DNA of 64,000 nt from Eledone cirrhosa (Eukaryota), in contig OZ024742.1 of NCBI GenBank assembly GCA_964016885.1, positions 166,656,001 to 166,720,000 on the forward strand, in the 5' to 3' direction. A program made the translations under genes and the position numbers. Positions 24,225 through 36,100 of this stretch are shown piece by piece. The notes beneath the pieces were generated by a model, which made no database searches, was not told the DNA's origin, and saw only the letters and a list, made by a program, of their open reading frames with translations. Position 1 is the first letter of the stretch; the number at the start of each line of letters is the position of its first letter.

Positions 24225-27200
24225 TCAGGGGGAGATAATTTGTAAAAACAAAATCAAGGGCAGATAATTTCCAGCTGTCCAAGGGGAGATAATTTCCAGC
24301 CGTGCAAGGGGAGATAATTTCCAGCCGTCCAAGGGGAGATAATTTCCATCCTTCCAAGGGGAGATAATGTCCAGCCGTCCAAGGGGAGATAATTTCCCGC
24401 CAGCCAAGGGAAGATAATTTTTTAAAAAATCAGGCGGAGATTGTAAAAAAAATCAGGGGGAGATAATTTGTAAAAAAAAAATCAGGGGGAGATAATTTGT
24501 AAAAAAAATCAGGGGTAGATAATTTGTAAAAAAAAATCAGGGGGAGATAATTTGTAAAAAAAAATCAGGGGGAGATAATTTCTAAAAAAATCAAGGGGAG
24601 ATAATATGCAGCCGTCCAAGGGGAGATAATTTTCAGCCGTCCAAGGAGAGGTAATTTCTAGCCGTCCAAGGGGAGATAATTTCCAGCCGTCCAAGGGGAG
24701 ATAGTTTTTTTAAAAAAATCAGGCGGAGATAATTTGTAAAAAAAAAATCAGGGGGAGATAATTTGTAAAAAAAAATCAGGGGGAGATAATTTGTAAAAAA
24801 AAATCAGGGGGAGATAATTTGTAAAAAAAATCAGGGGGAGATAATTAGTAAAAAAAATCAAGGGGAGATAATTTCCAGCCGTCCAAGGGGAGGTAATATC
24901 TAGCCGTCCAAGGGGAGATAATTTCCAGCCGTCCAAGGGGAGATAATTTCCAGCCGTCCAAGGGTAGATAATATCCAGCCGTCCAAGTAGACATATTTTC
25001 CAGCCGTCCAAGGAGAGGTAATTTCTAGCCGTCCAAGGGGAGATAAATTCCAGCCTCCAAGGGGAGATAATTTCCAGCCAGCCAAGGGGAGATAATTTGT
25101 AAAAAAATCAGGGGGAGATAATTTGTAAAAAAAATCAGGGGGAGATAATTTGTAAAAAAAAATCAGGGGGAGATAATTTGTAAAAAAAAATCAGGGGGAG
25201 ATAATTTGTAAAAAAAATCAAGGGGAGATAATTTGTAAAAAAAAATCAGGGGGAGATAATTTGTAAAAAAAAATCAGGGGGAGATAATTTGTAAAAAAAA
25301 ATCAGGGGGAGATAATTTGTAAAAAAAATCAAGGGGAGATAATTTCCAGCCGTCCAAGGAGAGATAATTTTAAAAAAAAATCAGGCGGAGATAATTTGTA
25401 AAAAAAATCAGGGGGAGATAATTTGTAAAAAAAAATCAGGGGGAGATAATTTGTAAAAAAAAATCAGGGGGAGATAATTTCCAGCCGTCCAAGGTAAGAT
25501 AATTTCCAGCCCTCCAAGGGGCTATAATTTCCAGCCGTCCAAGGGTAGATAATATCCAGCCGTCCAAGTAGACATATTTTCCAGCCGTTCAAGGAGAGGT
25601 AATTTCTAGCCGTCCAAGGGGAGATAAATTCCAGCCTCCAAGGGGAGATAATTTCCAGCCAGCCAAGGGGAGATAATTTGTAAAAAAATCAGGGGGAGAT
25701 AATTTGTAAAAAAAATCAGGGGGAGATAATTTGTAAAAAAAAATCAGGGGGAGATAATTTGTAAAAAAAAATCAGGGGGAGATAATTTGTAAAAAAAAAT
25801 CAGGGGGAGATAATTTGTAAAAAAAATCAAGGGGAGATAATTTCCAGCCGTCCAAGGGGAGATAATTTTCAGCCGTCCAAGGGGAGATAATTTCCAGCCG
25901 TCCAAGGGGAGATAATTTCCATCCTTCCAAGGGGAGATAATTTCCAGCCGTCCAAGGGGAGATAATTTTCAGCCGTCCAAGGGGAGATAATTTCCCGCCA
26001 GCCAAGGGAAGATAATATTTTAAAAAATCAGGCGGAGATAATTTGTAAAAAAAATCAGGGGGAGATAATTTGTAAAAAAATCAGGGGGAGATAATTTGTA
26101 AAAAAAAAATCAGGGGGAGATAATTTGTAAAAAAAATCAGGGGGAGATAATTTGTAAAAAAAAATCAGGGGTAGATAATTTGTAAAAAAAAATCAGGGGG
26201 AGATAATTTGTAAAAAAAAATCAGGGGGAGATAATTTGTAAAAAAAATCAGGGGGAGATAATTTGTAAAAAAAAATCAGGGGGAGATAATTTCCGGCCGT
26301 CCAAGGGGAGATAATTTTCAGCCGTCCAAGGGGAGATAATTTCCCGCCAGCCAAGGGAAGATAATATTTAAAAAAATCAGGCGGAGATAATTTGTAAAAA
26401 AAATCAGGGGGAGATAATTTGTAAAAAAATCAGGGGGAGATAATTTGTAAAAAAAATCAAGGGGAGATAATTTCCAGCCGTCCAAGGGGAGGTAATATCT
26501 AGCCGTCCAAGGGGAGATAATTTCCAGCCGTCCAAGTGGAGATAATTTCCAGCCGTCCAAGGGTAGATAATATCCAGCCGTCCAAGGAGACATATTTTCC
26601 AGCCGTCCAAGGAGAGGTAATTTCTAGCCGTCCAAGGGGAGATAAATTCCAGCCTCCAAGGGGAGATAATTTCCAGCCAGCCAAGGGGAGATAATTTGTA
26701 AAAAAAATCAGGGGGAGATAATTTGTAAAAAAAATCAGGAGGAGATAATTTGTAAAAAAATCAGGGGGAGATAATTTGTAAAAAAAAAATCAGGGGGAGA
26801 TAATTTGTAAAAAAAATCAGGGGGAGATGATTTGTAAAAAAAAATCAGGGGTAGATAATTTGTAAAAAAAAATCAGGGGGTGATAATTTGTAAAAAAAAA
26901 TCAGGGGGAGATAATTTGTAAAAAAAATCAAGGGGAGATAATTTCCAGCCGTCGAAGGGAAGATAATTTCCAGCCCTCCAAGGGGCTATAATTTCCAGCG
27001 TCCAAGGGGAGATAATTTCCAGCCGTCCAAGGGGAGATAATTTCCAGCCGTCCAAGGGTAGATAATATCCAGCCGTCCAAGTAGACATTTTCCAGCCGTC
27101 CAAGGAGAGGTAATTTCTAGCCGTCCAAGGGGAGATAAATTCCAGCCTCCAAGGGGAGATAATTTCCAGCCAGCCAAGGGGAGATAATTTGTAAAAAAAT

Positions 27201-28219
27201 CAGGGGGAGATAATTTGTAAAAAAAATCAGGGGGAGATAATTTGTAAAAAAAAATCAGGGGGAGATAATTTGTAAAAAAAATCAGGGGGAGATAATTTGT
27301 AAAAAAAATCAGGGGGAGATAATTTGTAAAAAAAATCAAGGGGAGATAATTTCCAGCCGTCCAAGGGGAGATAATTTTCAGCCGTCCAAGGGGAGATAAT
27401 TTCCAGCCGTCCAAGGGGAGATAATTTCCATCCTTCCAAGGGGAGATAATTTCCAGCCGTCCAAGGGGAGATAATTTTCAGCCGTCCAAGGGGAGATAAT
27501 TTCCCGCCAGCCAAGGGAAGATAATATTTTAAAAAATCAGGCGGAGATAATTTGTAAAAAAAATCAGGGGGAGATAATTTGTAAAAAAATCAGGGGGAGA
27601 TAATTTGTAAAAAAAAAATCAGGGGGAGATAATTTGTAAAAAAAATCAGGGGGAGATAATTTGTAAAAAAAAATCAGGGGTAGATAATTTGTAAAAAAAA
27701 ATCAGGGGGAGATAATTTGTAAAAAAAAAATCAGGGGGAGATAATTTGTAAAAAAAATCAAGGGGAGATAATTTCCAGCCGTCCAAGGAGAGATAATTTT
27801 TAAAAAAAATCAGGCGGAGATAATTTGTAAAAAAAAATCAAGGGGAGATAATTTGTAAAAAAAAATCAAGGGGAGATAATTTGTAAAAAAAATCAAGGGG
27901 AGATAATTTCCAGCCGTCCAAGGGAAGATAATTTCCAGCACTCCAAGGGGCTATAATTTCCAGTGTCCAAGGGGAGATAATTTCCAGCCAGCGAAGGGGA
28001 GATAATTTTTTTAAAAAAATCAGGGGGAGATATGTAAAAAAAATCAGAGGGAGATAATTTCTAAAAAAAATCAAAGGGAGATAATTTCCAGCCGTCCAAA
28101 GAGAGATAATTTCTAGCCGTCCAAGGGGAGATAATTTCCAGCCAAGGGGAGATAATTTCCAGCCGTCCAAGGGGAGATAATTATTTAAAAAATCAGGTGG
28201 AGATAATTTGTAAAAAAAA
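24225..28219 (+). repeat. HOR unit, type X (3995 bp)
   Basis: Anchor to anchor. Matches 122-4137 at offsets 24103 to 24082. Confidence 0.85.
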
Positions 28220-31200
28220 TCAGGGGGAGATAATTTGTAAAAACAAAATCAAGGGCAGATAATTTCCAGCTGTCCAAGGGGAGATAATTTCCAGCCGTGC
28301 AAGGGGAGATAATTTCCAGCCGTCCAAGGGGAGATAATTTCCATCCTTCCAAGGGGAGATAATGTCCAGCCGTCCAAGGGGAGATAATTTCCCGCCAGCC
28401 AAGGGAAGATAATTTTTAAAAAAATCAGGCGGAGATTGTAAAAAAAATCAGGGGGAGATAATTTGTAAAAAAAAAATCAGGGGGAGATAATTTGTAAAAA
28501 AAATCAGGGGTAGATAATTTTTAAAAAAAAATCAGGGGGAGATAATTTGTAAAAAAAAATCAGGGGGAGATAATTTCTAAAAAAATCAAGGGGAGATAAT
28601 ATGCAGCCGTCCAAGGGGAGATAATTTTCAGCCGTCCAAGGAGAGGTAATTTCTAGCCGTCCAAGGGGAGATAATTTCCAGCCGTCCAAGGGGAGATAAT
28701 TTCCAGCCGTCCAAGGGGAGATAGTTTTTTTAAAAAAATCAGGCGGAGATAATTTGTAAAAAAAAAATCAGGGGGAGATAATTTGTAAAAAAAAATCAGG
28801 GGGAGATAATTTGTAAAAAAAAATCAGGGGGAGATAATTTGTAAAAAAAAATCAGGGGGAGATAATTTGTAAAAAAAAATCAGGGGGAGATAATTTGTAA
28901 AAAAAAATCAGGGGGAGATAATTTGTAAAAAAAATCAGGGGGAGATAATTAGTAAAAAAAATCAAGGGGAGATAATTTCCAGCCGTCCAAGGGGAGGTAA
29001 TATCTAGCCGTCCAAGGGGAGATAATTTCCAGCCGTCCAAGGGGAGATAATTTCCAGCCGTCCAAGGGTAGATAATATCCAGCCGTCCAAGTAGACATAT
29101 TTTCTAGCCGTCCAAGGGGAGATAAATTCCAGCCTCCAAGGGGAGATAATTTCCAGCCAGCCAAGGGGAGATAATTTGTAAAAAAATCAGGGGGAGATAA
29201 TTTGTAAAAAAAATCAGGGGGAGATAATTTGTAAAAAAAAATCAGGGGGAGATAATTTGTAAAAAAAAATCAGGGGGAGATAATTTGTAAAAAAAATCAA
29301 GGGGAGATAATTTGTAAAAAAAAATCAGGGGGAGATAATTTGTAAAAAAAAATCAGGGGGAGATAATTTGTAAAAAAAAATCAGGGGGAGATAATTTGTA
29401 AAAAAAATCAAGGGGAGATAATTTCCAGCCGTCCAAGGAGAGATAATTTTAAAAAAAAATCAGGCGGAGATAATTTGTAAAAAAAAATCAGGGGGAGATA
29501 ATTTGTAAAAAAAAATCAGGGGGAGATAATTTGTAAAAAAAATCAAGGGGAGATAATTTCCAGCCGTCCAAGGGGAGATAATTTCCAGCCGTCCAAGGGG
29601 AGATAATTTTTTTAAAAAAATCAGGCGGAGATAATTTGTAAAAAAAATCAGGGGGAGATAATTTGTAAAAAAAAATCAGGGGGAGATAATTTGTAAAAAA
29701 AAATCAGGGGGAGATAATTTCCAGCCGTCCAAGGTAAGATAATTTCCAGCCCTCCAAGGGGCTATAATTTCCAGCCGTCCAAGGGTAGATAATATCCAGC
29801 CGTCCAAGTAGACATATTTTCCAGCCGTCCAAGGAGAGGTAATTTCTAGCCGTCCAAGGGGAGATAAATTCCAGCCTCCAAGGGGAGATAATTTCCAGCC
29901 AGCCAAGGGGAGATAATTTGTAAAAAAATCAGGGGGAGATAATTTGTAAAAAAAATCAGGGGGAGATAATTTGTAAAAAAAAATCAGGGGGAGATAATTT
30001 GTAAAAAAAAATCAGGGGGAGATAATTTGTAAAAAAAAATCAGGGGGAGATAATTTGTCAAAAAAATCAAGGGGAGATAATTTCCAGCCGTCCAAGGGGA
30101 GATAATTTTCAGCCGTCCAAGGGTAGATAATATCCAGCCGTCCAAGTAGACATATTTTCCAGCCGTCCAAGGAGAGGTAATTTCTAGCCGTCCAAGGGGA
30201 GATAAATTCCAGCCTCCAAGGGGAGATAATTTCCAGCCAGCCAAGGGGAGATAATTTGTAAAAAAATCAGGGGGAGATAATTTGTAAAAAAAATCAGGGG
30301 GAGATAATTTGTAAAAAAAAATCAGGGGGAGATAATTTGTAAAAAAAAATCAGGGGGAGATAATTTGTAAAAAAAAATCAGGGGGAGATAATTTGTCAAA
30401 AAAATCAAGGGGAGATAATTTCCAGCCGTCCAAGGGGAGATAATTTTCAGCCGTCCAAGGGGAGATAATTTCCAGCCGTCCAAGGGGAGATAATTTCCAT
30501 CCTTCCAAGGGGAGATAATTTCCAGCCGTCCAAGGGGAGATAATTTTCAGCCGTCCAAGGGGAGATAATTTCCCGCCAGCCAAGGGAAGATAATATTTTA
30601 AAAAATCAGGCGGAGATAATTTGTAAAAAAAATCAGGGGGAGATAATTTGTAAAAAAATCAGGGGGAGATAATTTGTAAAAAAAAAATCAGGGGGAGATA
30701 ATTTGTAAAAAAAATCAGGGGGAGATAATTTGTAAAAAAAAATCAGGGGTAGATAATTTGTAAAAAAAAATCAGGGGGAGATAATTTGTAAAAAAAATCA
30801 GGGGGAGATAATTTGTAAAAAAAATCAGGGGGAGATAATTTGTAAAAAAATATCAGGGGGAGATAATTTCCGGCCGTCCAAGGGGAGATAATTTTCAGCC
30901 GTCCAAGGGGAGATAATTTCCCGCCAGCCAAGGGAAGATAATATTTAAAAAAATCAGGCGGAGATAATTTGTAAAAAAAATCAGGGGGAGATAATTTGTA
31001 AAAAAATCAGGGGGAGATAATTTGTAAAAAAAATCAAGGGGAGATAATTTCCAGCCGTCCAAGGGGAGGTAATATCTAGCCGTCCAAGGGGAGATAATTT
31101 CCAGCCGTCCAAGTGGAGATAATTTCCAGCCGTCCAAGGGTAGATAATATCCAGCCGTCCAAGGAGACATATTTTCCAGCCGTCCAAGGAGAGGTAATTT

Positions 31201-32796
31201 CTAGCCGTCCAAGGGGAGATAAATTCCAGCCTCCAAGGGGAGATAATTTCCAGCCAGCCAAGGGGAGATAATTTGTAAAAAAAATCAGGGGGAGATAATT
31301 TGTAAAAAAAATCAGGGGGAGATAATTTGTAAAAAAATCAGGGGGAGATAATTTGTAAAAAAAAAATCAGGGGGAGATAATTTGTAAAAAAAATCAGGGG
31401 GAGATGATTTGTAAAAAAAAATCAGGGGTAGATAATTTGTAAAAAAAAATCAGGGGGTGATAATTTGTAAAAGAAAATCAGGGGGAGATAATTTGTAAAA
31501 AAAATCAAGGGGAGATAATTTCCAGCCGTCGAAGGGAAGATAATTTCCAGCCCTCCAAGGGGCTATAATTTCCAGCGTCCAAGGGGAGATAATTTCCAGC
31601 CGTCCAAGGGGAGATAATTTCCAGCCGTCCAAGGGTAGATAATATCCAGCCGTCCAAGTAGACATTTTCCAGCCGTCCAAGGAGAGGTAATTTCTAGCCG
31701 TCCAAGGGGAGATAAATTCCAGCCTCCAAGGGGAGATAATTTCCAGCCAGCCAAGGGGAGATAATTTGTAAAAAAATCAGGGGGAGATAATTTGTAAAAA
31801 AAATCAGGGGGAGATAATTTGTAAAAAAAAATCAGGGGGAGATAATTTGTAAAAAAAATCAGGGGGAGATAATTTGTAAAAAAAATCAGGGGGAGATAAT
31901 TTGTAAAAAAAATCAAGGGGAGATAATTTCCAGCCGTCCAAGGGGAGATAATTTTCAGCCGTCCAAGGGGAGATAATTTCCAGCCGTCCAAGGGGAGATA
32001 ATTTCCATCCTTCCAAGGGGAGATAATTTCCAGCCGTCCAAGGGGAGATAATTTTCAGCCGTCCAAGGGGAGATAATTTCCCGCCAGCCAAGGGAAGATA
32101 ATATTTTAAAAAATCAGGCGGAGATAATTTGTAAAAAAAATCAGGGGGAGATAATTTGTAAAAAAATCAGGGGGAGATAATTTGTAAAAAAAAAATCAGG
32201 GGGAGATAATTTGTAAAAAAAATCAGGGGGAGATAATTTGTAAAAAAAAATCAGGGGTAGATAATTTGTAAAAAAAAATCAGGGGGAGATAATTTGTAAA
32301 AAAAAAATCAGGGGGAGATAATTTGTAAAAAAAATCAAGGGGAGATAATTTCCAGCCGTCCAAGGAGAGATAATTTTTAAAAAAAATCAGGCGGAGATAA
32401 TTTGTAAAAAAAAATCAAGGGGAGATAATTTGTAAAAAAAAATCAAGGGGAGATAATTTGTAAAAAAAATCAAGGGGAGATAATTTCCAGCCGTCCAAGG
32501 GAAGATAATTTCCAGCACTCCAAGGGGCTATAATTTCCAGTGTCCAAGGGGAGATAATTTCCAGCCAGCGAAGGGGAGATAATTTTTTTAAAAAAATCAG
32601 GGGGAGATATGTAAAAAAAATCAGAGGGAGATAATTTCTAAAAAAAATCAAAGGGAGATAATTTCCAGCCGTCCAAAGAGAGATAATTTCTAGCCGTCCA
32701 AGGGGAGATAATTTCCAGCCAAGGGGAGATAATTTCCAGCCGTCCAAGGGGAGATAATTATTTAAAAAATCAGGTGGAGATAATTTGTAAAAAAAA
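28220..32796 (+). repeat. HOR unit, type Y (4577 bp)
   Basis: Anchor to anchor. Matches 4138-8384 at offset 24082, then 24440 and 24412 after a 358-bp indel. Y markers present. Confidence 0.85.
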
Positions 32797-33149
32797 TCAG
32801 GGGGAGATAATTTGTAAAAACAAAATCAAGGGCAGATAATTTCCAGCTGTCCAAGGGGAGATAATTTCCAGCCGTGCAAGGGGAGATAATTTCCAGCCGT
32901 CCAAGGGGAGATAATTTCCATCCTTCCAAGGGGAGATAATGTCCAGCCGTCCAAGGGGAGATAATTTCCCGCCAGCCAAGGGAAGATAATTTTTAAAAAA
33001 ATCAGGCGGAGATTGTAAAAAAAATTAGGGGGAGATAATTTGTAAAAAAAAAATCAGGGGGAGATAATTTGTAAAAAAAATCAGGGGTAGATAATTTGTA
33101 AAAAAAAATCAGGGGGAGATAATTTGTAAAAAAAAATCAGGGGGAGATA

Positions 33150-36100
33150 ATTTGTAAAAAAAATCAGGGGGAGATAATTTGTAAAAAAAAATCAGGGGGA
33201 GATAATTTGTAAAAAAAAATCAGGGGGAGATAATTTGTAAAAAAAAATCAGGGGGAGATAATTTGTAAAAAAAATCAAGGGGAGATAATTTCCAGCCGTC
33301 CAAGGGGAGATAATTTCCAGCCGTCCAAGGGGAGGTAATATCTAGCCGTCCAAGGGGAGATAATTTCCAGCCGTCCAAGAGGAGATAATTTCCAGCCGTC
33401 CAAGGGTAGATAATATCCAGCCGTCCAAGGAGACATATTTTCCAGCCGTCCAAGGAGAGGTAATTTCTAGCCGTCCAAGGGGAGATAAATTCCAGCCTCC
33501 AAGGGGAGATAATTTGTAAAAAAAATCAGGGGGAGATAATTTGTAAAATAAATCAGGGGGAGATAATTTGTAAAAAAAAATCAGGGGGAGATAATTTGTA
33601 AAAAAAATCAGGGGGAGATAATTTGTAAAAACAAATCAAGGGGAGATAATTTCCAGCCGTCCAAGGGGAGATAATTTTCAGCCGCCCAAGGGGAGATAAT
33701 TTCCCGCCAGCCAAGGGAAGATAATATTTAAAAAATCAGGCGGAGATAATTTGTAAAAAAAATCAGGGGGAGATAATTTGTAAAAAAATCAGGGGGAGAT
33801 AATTTGTAAAAAAAAAATCAGGGGGAGATAATTTGTAAAAAAAATCAGGGGGAGATGATTTGTAAAAAAAATCAGGGGTAGATAATTTGTAAAAAAAAAT
33901 CAGGGGGAGATAATTTGTAAAAAAAAATCAGGGGGAGATAATTTGTAAAAAAAATCAAGAGGAGATAATTTCCAGCCGTCCAAGGGGAGATAATTTTCAG
34001 CCGTCCAAGGGGAGATAATTTCCAGCCGTCCAAGGGGAGATAATTTCCATCCTTCCAAGGGGAGATAATTTCCAGCCGTCCAAGGGGAGATAATTTCCCG
34101 CCAACCAAGGGAAGATAATTTTTAAAAAAATCAGGCGGAGATTGTAAAAAAAATCAGGGGGAGATAATTTGTAAAAAAATCAGGGGGAGATAATTTGTAA
34201 AAAAAAAATCAGGGGGAGATAATTTGTAAAAAAAATCAGGGGGAGATAATTTGTAAAAAAAATCAAGGGGAGATAATTTGTACAAAAAATCAGGGGTATA
34301 TAATTTGTAAAAAAAAATCAGGGGGAGATAATTTGTAAAAAAAAATCAGGGGGAGATAATTTGTAAAAAAAATCAAGGGGAGATAATTTGCAGCCGTCCA
34401 AGGGGAGATAATTTTCAGCCGTCCAAGGAGAGGTAATTTCTAGCCGTCCAAGGTGAGATAATATCCAGCCGTCCAAGGGGAGATAATTTCCAGCCGTCCA
34501 AGGGGAGATAATTTAAAAAAAAAAACAGGCGAAGATAATTTGTAAAAAAAAAATCAGGGGGAGATAATTTGTAAAAAAAAATCAGGGGGAGATAATTTGT
34601 AAAAAAAATCAGGGGGAGGTAATTTGTAAAAAAAATCAAGGGGAGATAATTTCCAGCCGTCCAAGGGAAGATAATTTCCAGCCCTCCAAGGGGCTATAAT
34701 TTCCAGCGTCCAAGGGGAGATAATTTCCAGCCAGCGAAGGGGAGATAATTTTTTTTTTTTTAAATCAGGGGGACATAATTTGTAAAAAAAATCAGGGGGA
34801 GATAATTTGTAAAAAAAATTAAGGGGAGATAATTTGTAAAAAAAAATCAAGGGGAGATAATTTCCAGCCGTCCAAGGAGAGGTAATTTCTAGACGTCCAA
34901 GGGGAGATAATTTCCAGCCGTCCAAGGGGAGATAATTTCCAGCCGTCCAAGGGTAGATAATATCCAGCCGTCCAAGGAGACATATTTTCCAGCTTTCCAA
35001 GGAGAGGTAATTTCTAGCCGTCCAAGGGGAGATAAATTCCAGCCTCCAAGGGGAGATAATTTCCAGCCAGCCAAGGGGAGATAATTTGTAAAAAAAATCA
35101 GGGGGAGATAATTTGTAAAAAAAATCAGCGGGAGATAATTTGTAAAAAAAATCAGGGGGAGATAATTTCCAGCCGTCCAAGGGGAGATAATTTTCAGCCG
35201 TCCAAGGGGAGATAATTTCCCGCCAGCCAAGGGAAGATAATATTTAAAAAATGAGGCGGAGATAATTTGTAAAAAAAATCAGGGGGAGATAATTTGTAAA
35301 AAAATCAGGGGGAGATAATTTGTAAAAAAAAAATCAGGGGGAGATAATTTGTAAAAAAAATCAGGGGGAGATAATTTGTAAAAAAAAATCAGGGGTAGAT
35401 AATTTGTAAAAAAAAATCAGGGGGAGATAATTTGTAAAAAAAATCAGGGGGAGATAATTTATAAAAAAAATCAAGGGGAGATAATTTCCAGCCGTCCAAG
35501 GGAAGATAATTTCAAGCCCTCCAAGGGGCTATAATTTCCAGTGTCCAAGGGGAGATAATTTCCAGCCAGCGAAGGGGAGATAATTTTTTTTTAAAAATCA
35601 GGGGGAGATTTGTAAAAAAAATCAGGGGGAGATAATTTGTAAAAAAAATCAAAGGGAGATAATTTCCAGCCGTCCAAAGAGATAATTTCTAGCCGTCCAA
35701 GGGGAGATAATTTCGAGCCAAGGGGAGATAATTTCCAGCCGTCCAAGGGGAGATAATTTTTTAAAAAATCAGGTGGAGATAATTTGTAAAAAAAATCAGG
35801 GGGAGATAATTTGTAAAAACAAAATCAAGGGCAGATAATTTCCAGCTGTCCAAGGAGAGATAATTTCCAGCCATGCAAGGGGAGATAATTTCCAGCCGTC
35901 CAAGGGGAGATAATTTCCATCCTTCCAAGGGGAGATAATTTCCAGCCGTCCAAGGGGAGATAATTTCCCGCCAGCCAAGGGAAGATAATTTTTTAAAAAA
36001 TCAGGCGGAGATTGTAAAAAAAATCAGGGGGAGATAATTTCCAGCTGTCCAAGGGGAGGTAATATCTAGCCGTCCAAGGGGAGATAATTTCCAGCCGTCC

